64,000 nucleotides of DNA from Candidatus Aenigmatarchaeota archaeon (lineage in GTDB: Archaea; Thermoplasmatota; Thermoplasmata; Halarchaeoplasmatales; Halarchaeoplasmataceae): NCBI GenBank assembly GCA_046537845.1, contig JBKHKA010000004.1, positions 24,586-88,585 on the forward strand. Reading direction: 5' to 3'. A model generated the notes under the pieces. The model worked only from the letters and a program-made list of their open reading frames with translations. It had not been told where the DNA came from and did not search any database. Positions 31,390 to 41,759 of this stretch are shown here, one piece after another (the first letter of the stretch is position 1; each line of letters starts with the position of its first letter). The position numbers and the translations under genes were made by a program.

Positions 31390-31835
31390 TTCCTTTTATT
31401 TTCCTTTGATCAAGGGAGTCGGGAAAGTAGGTTAAAGACCTTTTATAGTCAAAGACACGACTTTCTTTTAATTTTCAAGTGTTCTTGACTAGTTGTGGAT
31501 GACGAAGTGGAAGTAAACCTCCACATACTCGCAAGACACCTGTCTTGCTCACGCAACGCAATTACAAATAATCACGAGTGTCTTCGACCGAGTGAGGACG
31601 AGGGAAATATTCCTCAAAGTTGCGTTTTCCACTATAATTCTTAAGTGGACCTCCTCCATTCTAGATTGATAAATGATGGCCCACTATATAGGTATTTTTA
31701 TCCTTATGGTAAGAGCTGGATGGTAGTTTTTTTGGTGGACGATATTTATTGTTTGATTACAGGGAAAAAAAACTCACCAATAACTTTATTTCACCCTTTC
31801 ATAATAAAGGAATAACTCTAAAAGGAGTGTTAGAT

Positions 31836-32234
31836 ATGGACAGGAAGATTAGAGTATTGATAGCGAAACCAGGGTTGGACGGGCACGATAGAGGGGCGAA
31901 GGTGGTGGCCCGGGCACTGAGAGATTCAGGCATGGAGGTCATATACACTGGTCTTCACCAGACGGCCGAACAGATCGTGGAGGCCGCGATCCAAGAAGAC
32001 GTTGACGTTATAGGATTATCGCTCCTTTCGGGCGCTCATATGACATTATTCCCCAAGGTTTTAGAGTTATTAGAAGAAAATGACGCTGAGGACATCATGG
32101 TCCTAGGGGGAGGCATAATACCAGAAGAAGACGAGGAAGAACTCAAGGAAATGGGGATAAGTGAAGTATTCGGACCTGGGACTCAGACGGATAAGATCGT
32201 TGACCACATCCGAGAGAACGTCGATACAGGGTAA
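31836..32234 (+). CDS. Acyl-CoA mutase small (B12-binding) subunit
   Basis: [10 protein letters not shown] (DxHxxG), [19 protein letters not shown]. Start after AAGGAG. Confidence 0.94.
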   Translation: MDRKIRVLIAKPGLDGHDRGAKVVARALRDSGMEVIYTGLHQTAEQIVEAAIQEDVDVIGLSLLSGAHMTLFPKVLELLEENDAEDIMVLGGGIIPEEDEEELKEMGISEVFGPGTQTDKIVDHIRENVDTG

Positions 32235-32245
32235 GGGCGGCAGAG

Positions 32246-33199
32246 ATGGCATCAAAGATAGTACCTCGAATCCTAAATGGCGATAGGAGGGCGGTAGCTA
32301 GACTTATGACGATGGTCGAAAATTTCGACCCAGAAGCTAAAAATGCCCTGGCCGAGTTGCATTCACATACGGGAAACGCCCACATAATCGGGATAACGGG
32401 CCCCCCAGGATCGGGGAAAAGCACTGTAGTTGACAAATTAGCCATGAATTTTAGAGAGAAAGGTATGAGTATTGGAATCATCGCAGTCGATCCCACCTCT
32501 CCCTTCACAGGAGGGGCCCTCCTCGGAGATAGGGTCAGGATGAGCGAAGTTTCCTCGGATAAGGAGGTGTTCATAAGGAGTATGGGGACGAGGGGGCACC
32601 TAGGAGGACTTGCGACCACGACCAATGAGATTATAAAGATACTAGATGCCTTCGGAAAGGATATCATACTGGTAGAAACCGTGGGGGCGGGACAGTCAGA
32701 GGTCGAAGTCGTTAAGACAGCGCACACCACCATAATCGTGGAGGTCCCAGGGTTAGGAGACGATATCCAGGCTATCAAGGCGGGCATATTAGAGATAGGA
32801 GATATATTCGTGGTCAATAAGGCAGATAGGAAGGGCGCTACAAATACAGCCCGGGAACTAGAAACGATGTTGGAGATGGGAAGGTCCGACGAGGGATGGA
32901 AACCTAAGATCATCAAGACAGTCGCCACGAAGAACGAAAACATAGCTGAACTGGCCGAGATCTTAGAGGAACATATGGATTATCTGAAAGAGAGCGGAGA
33001 ACTGGCCGATGTAGAAAAAGAAAAGACCCGGGAGGAATTTTTAGAGTTGCTGAGAGAAAAGATCAATTCCTATATTAAGGAATATACTGGCGAGAAAAAG
33101 ATCGACGAGACCGTCGAAAAGATTACAGAAGGTGAGATCGACCCTTATCGCGCCGCTGAAGAGCTGTGCGAGCCCCTAGATGAGGTCTCAGATGAATGA
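32246..33199 (+). CDS. meaB: Mutase-associated GTPase MeaB/ArgK
   Basis: GPPGSGKST, VDPTSPFTGGALLGDRVRM, ETVGAGQSE, VNKAD. Confidence 0.94.
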   Translation: MASKIVPRILNGDRRAVARLMTMVENFDPEAKNALAELHSHTGNAHIIGITGPPGSGKSTVVDKLAMNFREKGMSIGIIAVDPTSPFTGGALLGDRVRMSEVSSDKEVFIRSMGTRGHLGGLATTTNEIIKILDAFGKDIILVETVGAGQSEVEVVKTAHTTIIVEVPGLGDDIQAIKAGILEIGDIFVVNKADRKGATNTARELETMLEMGRSDEGWKPKIIKTVATKNENIAELAEILEEHMDYLKESGELADVEKEKTREEFLELLREKINSYIKEYTGEKKIDETVEKITEGEIDPYRAAEELCEPLDEVSDE

Positions 33200-33228
33200 A
33201 GTATGATCTCAAATTTCACTTCACTACA

Positions 33229-34908
33229 CTAATAGATCAAAGGTTCGTCGTACTCCCCAAAGACGTCCTTCAGCACCGAGGTGATCTCTCCTAAAGTTCC
33301 GTAAGCTTTGGCGCACTTCAAAATAGCGGGCATAGTGTTCTCATCTCCTTCCGCCACTTCTCTCAGGTTATCTAACGTCTCCTTGACTTTTTCGCTATCT
33401 CTCTCCTCTTTAAGCTTGTTCAACCGTTCGATCTGCCTGCGTTCTCCTTCCTCGTCCATCTCCAAGAGCGGTATCTCGATGTCCTCGTCCAACTCGTATT
33501 CGTTTACACCAACGACTGTCCTTTTATTCTCTTCAATCTCTTTCTGGTACTGGGCTGAAGCGTCCGCTATCTCTTTCTGGAAGAAACCTTTTTCTATCGC
33601 AGGGACTACACCTCCTAAACTCTCTATCTTGTCAAAGTACTTGTAGGCTTCTTCTTCCATATAGTCCGTCAACCATTCTACGTAGTAAGAACCCCCCAAT
33701 GGGTCGATAGTATTGGGGACTCCAGATTCGTGAGCTATAACTTGTTGGGTCCGCAGAGCCAATCTTACTGCCTTCTCCGAGGGAAGGGCTAAAGCCTCGT
33801 CCATCGAATTGGTATGGAGGGATTGAGTTCCTCCCATAACAGCCGCTAGTGCTTGTATCGTTACCCTGATGAGGTTCACCTCCGGCTGCTGCTCGGTAAG
33901 AGTGCATCCCGCGGTCTGGGTATGGAATCTCATCCACATAGAGCGTTCCTTTTCCGCCCCAAAAGTTTCCTTCATCTCTCTAGCCCATATCCTTCGAGCG
34001 GCTCTGTATTTGGCAATCTCTTCAAAAAGGTCATTATGGGCGTTGAAAAAGAAAGAGAGACGGGGGGCGAATTCATCAACATCTAGTCCTCTTTCCATGG
34101 CAGATTTCACGTATTCAAAACCGTCAGCGAGAGTAAACGCTAATTCCTGTATTGCCGTCGCTCCTGCCTCTCTGATGTGATACCCCGAGATGGAGATAGT
34201 ATTCCATTTGGGGACGTGCTTCGAACCGTACTCGAACGTATCTACGATCAGCCGCATGGAAGGCTCAGGGGGGAATATAAAAGACTTCTGAGCTATATAT
34301 TCCTTCAAGATATCGTTCTGTATGGTTCCTCTTAACTTCTCTTTAGGTACACCCTTTTTCTCCGCCATGGCTATATAAAAGGCCCAGAGTATGGAAGCAG
34401 GGCCGTTGATCGTCATAGAGGTGCTTATCTTCCCTGGGTCTATGCCATCGAAGAGTATCTCCATGTCTTTCAAAGAAGACACAGCAACTCCACATTTTCC
34501 AAATTCACCTTCAGCTTCCGGGTCGTCCGTGTCGTAACCGTATAAAGTGGGATAATCAAAAGCGATAGACAGTCCGGTTTCACCGTGGTCGAGGAGATAT
34601 TTGAACCTCTCGTTAGTTTCTTCAGCAGTTCCAAAACCCGAGAACTGACGCATTGTCCAGAGCCTACCTCGATACATCGTCGGGTGGATTCCTCGGGTGA
34701 ATGGATATTGACCCGGAAAATTCAAATCTTCCAGATAATCGTGGTCTTCTAGATCATCAGGAGTATAGAGTCGATCCACCGATTCGCTCGAAGTGGTGAT
34801 AAACTCATCTCTACGCTCAGGGTGTTTTTCTAAAACAGGATCTAAACATTCTTCCTTCCACTTCTCCTTCGCCTTCCTTACCTTCTTCTTGTCATACATC
34901 TTATCCAT
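33229..34908 (-). CDS. B12-dependent acyl-CoA mutase large subunit, isobutyryl-CoA-mutase-like
   Basis: [58 protein letters not shown]. Confidence 0.9.
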   Translation of the reverse strand: MDKMYDKKKVRKAKEKWKEECLDPVLEKHPERRDEFITTSSESVDRLYTPDDLEDHDYLEDLNFPGQYPFTRGIHPTMYRGRLWTMRQFSGFGTAEETNERFKYLLDHGETGLSIAFDYPTLYGYDTDDPEAEGEFGKCGVAVSSLKDMEILFDGIDPGKISTSMTINGPASILWAFYIAMAEKKGVPKEKLRGTIQNDILKEYIAQKSFIFPPEPSMRLIVDTFEYGSKHVPKWNTISISGYHIREAGATAIQELAFTLADGFEYVKSAMERGLDVDEFAPRLSFFFNAHNDLFEEIAKYRAARRIWAREMKETFGAEKERSMWMRFHTQTAGCTLTEQQPEVNLIRVTIQALAAVMGGTQSLHTNSMDEALALPSEKAVRLALRTQQVIAHESGVPNTIDPLGGSYYVEWLTDYMEEEAYKYFDKIESLGGVVPAIEKGFFQKEIADASAQYQKEIEENKRTVVGVNEYELDEDIEIPLLEMDEEGERRQIERLNKLKEERDSEKVKETLDNLREVAEGDENTMPAILKCAKAYGTLGEITSVLKDVFGEYDEPLIY

Positions 34909-35188
34909 CTCCTCTGGGCTTTCTCCTCGGACCTTCAGGTATCCTTGGTCATGAATCCGGGATTTAAGTTTAGAGCAGAACCAGGATATAAAAGAACCAA
35001 CATAAAGTTTTTGTTTGTTTTAGAATAAAATAAAGTATGCCCATAAACTATCCTCTCTTCGCAGGAAGTCCACATCACCAGTCCTGATTACATGCCTGCT
35101 ATCTTCGTCCTTTAAATGGATGTCAAAAAAGACATCTCTTCAGACATGCTTACTAAAATATATATACTCCTGTTTTATCTAATAAGAC

Positions 35189-35722
35189 TCAAAACTCGAT
35201 CCCCTTTCTTGCTTCAATACCCTCTTGATAAGGGTGCTTTATCTCCTTCATCTCTGTTACTAAGTCCGCCAACTCGATTATTTCCTCAGGGGCCTTCCTG
35301 CCCGTGAAAACTAGTTCCACTCCTTCGGGTGCATCTTCTACCAGATCCACTAGTTCCTCTAATGAGAGGAGATTAAAATGATGGGCAACGCAGATCTCGT
35401 CCGCTATAACAACATCGAATTTCCCAGAGTTCAATGCATCTTTTATCTTCTGTAAACCTCTTTTCGCCATTTTAATCTCTTCCTCCGATGGCGAATCGGT
35501 GACATGTAAACCCTCCTCACCATATTGTTCTAGGGTTATTTCCTCATCAAATCTCTCAAGTGCGATTTGCTCACCATATTCAGTCCCTTTCATAAACTGG
35601 CCAAAATAAATATTAAGATCTCTACCAGCAGCCCTCACCGCTAAACCTATGGCAGCAGTTGTTTTCCCTTTTCCATCGCCAGTATACACTTGGAACAAAC
35701 CAGGTCCTTTTTTTTCACTCAA
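35189..35722 (-). CDS. cobO: ATP:cob(I)alamin adenosyltransferase (CobO/BtuR type)
   Basis: YTGDGKGKTTAA, QFMKG, DEI, TGR, ADLVTEM..IKHP, GIEF. Confidence 0.93.
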   Translation of the reverse strand: MSEKKGPGLFQVYTGDGKGKTTAAIGLAVRAAGRDLNIYFGQFMKGTEYGEQIALERFDEEITLEQYGEEGLHVTDSPSEEEIKMAKRGLQKIKDALNSGKFDVVIADEICVAHHFNLLSLEELVDLVEDAPEGVELVFTGRKAPEEIIELADLVTEMKEIKHPYQEGIEARKGIEF

Positions 35723-35974
35723 ATCAAAGCACCTCTTTCTATTTCTGCTTGGGGTATGGGTTGTTGATTCATATATTTTTTGTTCTCAAAAGCCGCAAAA
35801 CGGCTAAAAAATATATATCCTTATTTCCCCTAACATCTATAAGTAGAATAATCACCCTTATTGCTTTACCTGTCTCTGATCTAGTTTTGGTTTTTGAGCC
35901 TACTTACAGCCTACTTACGATGATAGATAATACTGAACAAAGACTACCGAAGACCTTTTTTTTAACCAGCCTGC

Positions 35975-35990
35975 AAAAAAGATTTATAAG
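35975..35990 (+). promoter_or_regulatory. Putative BRE/TATA promoter of the gamma-CA gene
   Basis: A-rich run then TTTATAAG at 35983-35990, about 20 nt before ATG 36011 (near-leaderless spacing). Confidence 0.5.
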
Positions 35991-36010
35991 CAGTTTCAAT
36001 AAGGTCTATC

Positions 36011-36532
36011 ATGACGTTATACGAGTTCGAAGGGAGAAGACCCAATGTGGCCGATAGTGCATATGTAAGTGGGAGTGCAGAAGTTGTCGGTGATGTGACG
36101 ATCGGTGAGGACTGCTTCATAGGACCAGGTGCCAAGATAAAAGGGGATTACGGCACCGTGGTCATCGGAGATAATACGAACATACAAGAAAATTGTGTCG
36201 TTCACGCCAGACCTGGAAAGAAAACAGTTATAGGCGACTGGGTCACCATAGGGCACGGAGCGATAATCCACGGACCGGAGATCAAGGACTACGCGGTCAT
36301 CGGGATGGGAGCTATAATAAGTGATTTCGCAGTTATCGGCGAGTGGAGCGTCGTGGGAGAAGGAGCTTTAGTTACAAACGAGAAGGAGATACCTGATGAG
36401 AAGGTAGCCGTGGGCGTACCCGCTAAAATAGTGAAAGAGGTAGATGAAGAATACAAGAAAACGTGGCGAGAGTATAAAGAGATCTACAAGGAACTTTCGA
36501 CTCGATACGAAGAGAATCTGACTAAGTTGTGA
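36011..36532 (+). CDS. Gamma-carbonic-anhydrase family (PaaY/CaiE-like) hexapeptide-repeat protein
   Basis: Left-handed beta-helix repeats, NIQENCVVH, IGHGAIIHG metal histidines, GVPAK. Confidence 0.9.
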   Translation: MTLYEFEGRRPNVADSAYVSGSAEVVGDVTIGEDCFIGPGAKIKGDYGTVVIGDNTNIQENCVVHARPGKKTVIGDWVTIGHGAIIHGPEIKDYAVIGMGAIISDFAVIGEWSVVGEGALVTNEKEIPDEKVAVGVPAKIVKEVDEEYKKTWREYKEIYKELSTRYEENLTKL

Positions 36533-36591
36533 CCGAACTGTCTAGCAATCATTTGGTTATGTAGCATATTCTCTCCCCTGACCGCGAGGGA

Positions 36592-36605
36592 CGAAAATTT
36601 TATTT
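36592..36605 (+). promoter_or_regulatory. Putative BRE/TATA promoter of bcd-etfBA
   Basis: CGAAAA followed by TTTATTTA, about 23 nt before ATG 36629; no RBS visible, consistent with a leaderless transcript. Confidence 0.5.
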
Positions 36606-36628
36606 AGTGCAGTAATATTGGCGACAAC

Positions 36629-37768
36629 ATGAACTTCGAACTGACCGATAATCAGAAGATGGTCCGTAATATGGTGAAAGATTTTGCAGAGAATGAGATC
36701 GAACCAGTAGCTGATGAATTGGATGAAGAAAGGGAATATCCTCACGAGATACTCGATAAGATGTCCGATCTCGGCCTTCTCGGGATCATGATCCCCGGGG
36801 AGTATGATGGAGCTGGGATGGATACCGTTAGCTTCGCCATAGTGATCGAGGAGATATCGAGAAAGTGTGCGGCTACTGGCGTTATAACCGAAGTCCATAA
36901 CTCATTGGTCGCCAGCCCTATAATGCATTATGGGACGGAAGAACAGAAAGAAAAATATTTACCGATGTTAGCGAACGGTGAAAAGATCGGTGGATTCGGC
37001 GGTACAGAACCGGACGCCGGGACTAATCTCGGTGCCATGCAGACTACCGCCGAGAAGGACGGCGACAAATACATAATCAATGGCCAGAAAACATTCATAA
37101 CCAGCGGCAGCGAAGCGGGGCTTTTTCTAATCTTCGCAGTGACCGACAAAAGCAAGGGTCGGAAGGGGATAAGTGCATTCATCGTCGAAAGCGATACGGA
37201 CGGATTTGAAGTAGGGGACGTTTTCGATAAGATGGGTATCCACGCCAATAAGGTTTCTGAGCTCTTCTTCGAAGATATGGAAGTTCCCGAGGAAAATCTG
37301 CTTGGAGAAGAGGGCGAGGGGTATAAGATAGCCCTCAGTGCCCTCGATCACGGGAGGATAGGGATAGGTGCTCAGGCTGTCGGGATCGCCCAGGCTGCTC
37401 TTGACGAAACCATCGAATACTCTCAACAGAGAGAGCAATTCGGTAAGCCTATATCTAATTTTCAAGCGATACAGTTCAAATTAGCCGACATGGAAACCAG
37501 GACTCAAGCTGCGAGGTTGCTCGTCTATAACGCCGCGGACGCTGCAGACCGTGGTGAAAGGTTCACGAAAGAGGCTTCTATGGCCAAGTTGTTCGCCTCT
37601 GAAGTGGCGATGGATGCCGCAGATGAAGGTGTCCAAATCCATGGAGGCTATGGTTATATAGAGGAATACAAGGTAGAGCAGCTCTTCAGGGACGCGAAGA
37701 TAACCGAAATTTATGAAGGTACTTCGGAAGCTCAAAAAATGGTGATCGCAAGAAGTCTTTTAAGTTGA
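36629..37768 (+). CDS. bcd: Short-chain acyl-CoA (butyryl-CoA-type) dehydrogenase
   Basis: TEPDAGT, NGQKTFIT, KMGIHA, GRIGIGAQAVG, REQFGKPI, QIHGGYGY, IYEGTSE. Confidence 0.88.
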   Translation: MNFELTDNQKMVRNMVKDFAENEIEPVADELDEEREYPHEILDKMSDLGLLGIMIPGEYDGAGMDTVSFAIVIEEISRKCAATGVITEVHNSLVASPIMHYGTEEQKEKYLPMLANGEKIGGFGGTEPDAGTNLGAMQTTAEKDGDKYIINGQKTFITSGSEAGLFLIFAVTDKSKGRKGISAFIVESDTDGFEVGDVFDKMGIHANKVSELFFEDMEVPEENLLGEEGEGYKIALSALDHGRIGIGAQAVGIAQAALDETIEYSQQREQFGKPISNFQAIQFKLADMETRTQAARLLVYNAADAADRGERFTKEASMAKLFASEVAMDAADEGVQIHGGYGYIEEYKVEQLFRDAKITEIYEGTSEAQKMVIARSLLS

Positions 37769-37778
37769 GGTGGTAGAG

Positions 37779-38549
37779 ATGAATATTGCGGTCTGTGCGA
37801 AGGAAGTTGTCGACGTCTCTGAGATTAAGATAGATGAAAAAACGAATGAGCCTATCTTAGAGGGTATCTCAAGGGAAGTCAGCGATATAGAAAAAAGTGC
37901 TGTCGAGGAAGCTATAAAGATAAAAGAGGAGTACGGCGGAAAGATAACTGTTTTGACCGTTGGATCCGTGGAGAACATGGAGAATATCAAGGAGTTACTT
38001 GCCATGGGGGCAGACGAAGCGGTGATAATATATCCTCCTAGGGAAACTGATTATACGGTGGTGTCGGAGCTGTTAGCCGGTGCGATAAAAGAGATCGGCG
38101 ATATCGAACTAGTGCTGTGCGGTGAAGCCTCGATTGATCTGTTCTCTGGCCAGGTCGGTCCCAGGATAGCTGAATTACTCGATATCCCACAGGTTACTTA
38201 TGCCGAGAACCTTGAAGTTGAAGAAGAAAAGATAATTGGGGAAAGGGATGTCGGCGGAAACAAGGTCATGACGGTAGAATCACCTTATCCTGTGGTGGTC
38301 ACCGTGACCAAGGAGATAAACGAGCCGCGGTTACCGAGTCTTCAGGAGATTCTAGGGGCGGCGAATAAACCTATAAATGAATGGGAGCCGGAGGAATTCA
38401 TGGACCATGAGTTAGAACCTACCACTGAGACGAGGAACATAAGAGGAGTTTCTATGGAACGCAAGAACATGATATTTGATGAGGACGAACTTGAGGATTC
38501 TGTCAAAAAACTTGCCGAGAGCCTTGCCAAGGAAGGTCTACTGGGGTGA
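37779..38549 (+). CDS. etfB: Electron transfer flavoprotein beta subunit
   Basis: AVEEAIKIKE, LAMGAD, CG..SID..SGQVGP, INEPRLPS. Confidence 0.92.
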   Translation: MNIAVCAKEVVDVSEIKIDEKTNEPILEGISREVSDIEKSAVEEAIKIKEEYGGKITVLTVGSVENMENIKELLAMGADEAVIIYPPRETDYTVVSELLAGAIKEIGDIELVLCGEASIDLFSGQVGPRIAELLDIPQVTYAENLEVEEEKIIGERDVGGNKVMTVESPYPVVVTVTKEINEPRLPSLQEILGAANKPINEWEPEEFMDHELEPTTETRNIRGVSMERKNMIFDEDELEDSVKKLAESLAKEGLLG

Positions 38550-38555
38550 AAAAAG

Positions 38556-39530
38556 ATGGTGTTGATATATTCCGACGACGAAGATATAACCAAAGAGTTG
38601 ATAGCTAAAGGAAAGGAGTTAGCGGATGAGAAAGGTAGTGGTAGTAAGGTTACTTCGGTAATCATCGGCGAAGAAGATGAAAGCGTAACTGATGAGTTAG
38701 CTAATGAGTTGATCCATCGTGGTTCCGATGAAGTCATCATCGCCAGTGCGGAGATAGACCAGTTCAAGGCAGAAGAGTACGCCCAGGTTTTGAACCAACT
38801 GGTAGAAAAGACCGATTCGGAGATCGTATTGATCGGTTCCGATAAGACCGGAAAGGAATTAGCCCCAAGACTGGCGGCAAAGCTAAAGACGGGCTGCGTG
38901 ACCGATTGCACGGACCTTTACTTTGAGGACGGAACCCTGATCACGGAGAGGATAGCTTACAGCGGAAACGCGGTCGCCGTACAAAATTTCATCTCAGAAC
39001 CTTACGTGCTGACGATCCCGGCGAAGAACTTCGATCCTCTGCCCAAGGACGAGGGTAGAGAAGGGGAGATAACTCGGGAAGAACTGGAAGTCATAGAGGC
39101 TGAGTCAAAAATCATAGATATCAAGGAAAAAGAGGGTGAGGCGGTCAACGTCGAGGATGCGGAGATAATAGTCTCCTGCGGTCGGGGTTTCGACAATAGG
39201 GAAGACCTCGACCTTGCAGAGGACCTTGCGGGAGTCCTCCAGGGAGGAACTATGGGTTGCTCCAGGCCGGTCGCTGCCGATCTTAAATGGCTGCCGGAGG
39301 ACCACTGGATAGGACTTTCGGGACACGAAGTGAAGCCCAATCTTTACGTGGCCATAGGGATATCGGGTCAGATCCAGCACATAGCAGGCATGCGTGATTC
39401 TGGGACTGTAGTTGCTATAAATAAGGACGAGGACGCGCCCATCTTTGAATCCGCCGATTATGGGATAGTGGGCGATCTCTACGAAGTCCTGCCGAAATTG
39501 GTCGAGGCGATAAACGAGGAAAGAGGCTGA
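38556..39530 (+). CDS. etfA: Electron transfer flavoprotein alpha subunit
   Basis: VSCGRG, GCSRP, IGLSG..VKP.LY.AIGISGQIQHIAGM, AINKD.DAPIF..ADYG. Confidence 0.94.
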   Translation: MVLIYSDDEDITKELIAKGKELADEKGSGSKVTSVIIGEEDESVTDELANELIHRGSDEVIIASAEIDQFKAEEYAQVLNQLVEKTDSEIVLIGSDKTGKELAPRLAAKLKTGCVTDCTDLYFEDGTLITERIAYSGNAVAVQNFISEPYVLTIPAKNFDPLPKDEGREGEITREELEVIEAESKIIDIKEKEGEAVNVEDAEIIVSCGRGFDNREDLDLAEDLAGVLQGGTMGCSRPVAADLKWLPEDHWIGLSGHEVKPNLYVAIGISGQIQHIAGMRDSGTVVAINKDEDAPIFESADYGIVGDLYEVLPKLVEAINEERG

Positions 39531-39678
39531 TAACGGCTGATCCTTGAATGGGCTCACTAGGTTAATTAATATTTGAACTCGAGGAGAACCATCACTTTAT
39601 CCTCTTCACCAATCTTAAATAATTGTAATCTATACCACCTATGCAATCGAAGAGTTGATAGTTAAAGGAGAGATATAC

Positions 39679-40857
39679 ATGAAAAATGCTGTAATAGTTT
39701 CTGCTGTAAGAACACCGATCGGCAAATTTGGAGGAACCCTGAAGAACGTACGAGCCCCTAAACTGGGTAGTATAACGATCGACGAGGCGGTCGATAGAGC
39801 AGGGATAGAAAAAGGAGACGTTGACGAGGTACAGATGGGATTGGTTTTGTCGGCGGGCATGGGACAGAATCCGGCCCGTCAAGCCGCGCTTGAAGCTGAG
39901 ATCCCTGTAGATGTCGGAGCCGTGACTGTAAACAAGGTCTGCGGCTCAGGACTCAAGACCGTTATGAACGCCGCTAACAGCATCAAAGCCGGGGAGTATG
40001 AAACTATAGTTGCCGGAGGAATGGAAAATATGGATAAGGCTCCCTATATCTTGAGGAAGGCAAGATACGGCTACAGGATGAACGACGGGGACCTTGTCGA
40101 TGCGATGGTCTACGACGGGCTATGGGATTATTTCAACGATTTTCATATGGGTATAACCGGTGACAGGATAGCCGAAAGATTTGATTTGAGCAGAGAGGAT
40201 ATCGATAGATTCGCTCTCCGGAGTCATCAACTCGCTGCCGAAGCAAGGGAGGAGGGAAAATTTGATGATGAGATAGTGCCTGTAGAGGTTCCCCAGAGGA
40301 GAGGTGACCCGATTCTTTTTGAGGAAGACGAAGGTATACGGCCCGATACTTCGCTAGAACAACTCAGCAAACTTTCACCGGCTTTTCAAGAAGACGGATA
40401 TATCACCGCGGGAAATGCTTCACAGATTTCCGCTGGTTCTTCTGCTACAGTCGTGACGAGTGAGGAGAATGCAGAAGAAAAAGGAATCGAGCCCATGGCC
40501 AAGATAGTCGATTATTACACGTCTGGAGTTAAACCTGAGAACGTCATGGAAGCCCCTATACCCGGTATAAGAACAATCCTTGAGAGAAATGATCTTGACA
40601 TCGCTGATTTAGACTTGGTAGAGCATAACGAGGCTTTCGCCTCCGCTTCTGCAGCTATACAGAATGAATTCGAGATTCCTGATGAAAAATTAAACGTTCA
40701 CGGCGGAGCGGTAGCGTTGGGCCACCCCATAGGGTGCAGCGGAACCAGGATTTTGACCACTCTTCTCTATGCATTGAAACAGAGAGGGGGAGGAAGAGGT
40801 CTGGCAACCGCCTGCCTAGGCGGCGGAAATGCTGTCACGATGATTGTTGAGATGTGA
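39679..40857 (+). CDS. thl: Acetyl-CoA acetyltransferase (bacterial-type thiolase)
   Basis: Intact catalytic set: NKVCGSG, HNEAFA, GHPIGCSG, ACLGGG. Start after AAGGAG. Confidence 0.93.
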   Translation: MKNAVIVSAVRTPIGKFGGTLKNVRAPKLGSITIDEAVDRAGIEKGDVDEVQMGLVLSAGMGQNPARQAALEAEIPVDVGAVTVNKVCGSGLKTVMNAANSIKAGEYETIVAGGMENMDKAPYILRKARYGYRMNDGDLVDAMVYDGLWDYFNDFHMGITGDRIAERFDLSREDIDRFALRSHQLAAEAREEGKFDDEIVPVEVPQRRGDPILFEEDEGIRPDTSLEQLSKLSPAFQEDGYITAGNASQISAGSSATVVTSEENAEEKGIEPMAKIVDYYTSGVKPENVMEAPIPGIRTILERNDLDIADLDLVEHNEAFASASAAIQNEFEIPDEKLNVHGGAVALGHPIGCSGTRILTTLLYALKQRGGGRGLATACLGGGNAVTMIVEM

Positions 40858-40897
40858 AGATTGAATACAAAATGGAATAGAAAAAGAGGTAGATAAA

Positions 40898-41749
40898 ATG
40901 GATATAGGAAAAATAGGAGTAGTCGGCGCGGGAACCATGGGTCACGGTATAGCACAGGTTTCAGCCGCTAATGGATATCAAGTGGTAATGAGAGACATCA
41001 AACAGGAATTTTTAGATAACGGCATGAAGGGGATAAAGAGATCGCTGTCTAAAGGAGTAGAAAAAGATAAGATCTCGGAAGAAGAGAAAGAGGAGATGCT
41101 GGAAAGGATCGAGACCACCCTCGAACTGGAGGACTTGAGCGATTGCGATCTCATCATAGAAGCGGTGGTAGAGGACTTCGATATAAAGAAAGATGTATTC
41201 AAGGAACTGGACGAACTGTGCGGTCCGGATACGATTTTTGCCTCTAATACCTCGACGATCCCGATAACTAAGATGGCTGGGATCACCGACAGGCCGGAGA
41301 AGTTCATCGGGATGCACTTCATGAACCCGGTCCCAAAGATGGCTCTTGTAGAGGTGATTCGATCACTGACCACTTCGGATGAAACCACGAATACCATAAT
41401 CTCCGTGGCTGAAGAGATGGGAAAAGAACCCGTGGAAGTGAACGATTCCCCCGGTTTCGTCTCTAACCGGGTCTTGATACCCATGATCAACGAGGCGATC
41501 TACTGCGTTCAGAACGGCATCGCTGACCCAGAAGATGTCGACAAAGTAATGAAACTAGGTATGAATCATCCCATGGGGCCGTTAGAATTAGGTGACCTGA
41601 TTGGTCTGGATACCGTACTCCATATAATGGAGGTCCTTTACGAAGAGTTCAACGACTCGAAGTATCGATCGTGTCCCCTCTTGAAGAAAAAGGTTAGAGC
41701 CGGAGAACTGGGTAGGAAGAGCGGAAAAGGATTTTACGACTACAGTTGA
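40898..41749 (+). CDS. hbd: 3-hydroxybutyryl-CoA dehydrogenase
   Basis: [46 protein letters not shown]. Confidence 0.94.
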   Translation: MDIGKIGVVGAGTMGHGIAQVSAANGYQVVMRDIKQEFLDNGMKGIKRSLSKGVEKDKISEEEKEEMLERIETTLELEDLSDCDLIIEAVVEDFDIKKDVFKELDELCGPDTIFASNTSTIPITKMAGITDRPEKFIGMHFMNPVPKMALVEVIRSLTTSDETTNTIISVAEEMGKEPVEVNDSPGFVSNRVLIPMINEAIYCVQNGIADPEDVDKVMKLGMNHPMGPLELGDLIGLDTVLHIMEVLYEEFNDSKYRSCPLLKKKVRAGELGRKSGKGFYDYS

Positions 41750-41759
41750 GGTGATCTTC

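Noticed and set aside
32143..32943. 266-aa antisense ORF over meaB, and the many other antisense or nested ORFs in the track
   Set aside because: They lie opposite clearly recognisable genes and are Ser/Phe-rich mirror images of Glu/Lys codons, with no motifs.
36570..36600. CTGA...GAAA arrangement resembling a hammerhead ribozyme core
   Set aside because: Lacks the CUGANGA consensus and flanking stems; the GAAA is better explained as the BRE of the bcd promoter.
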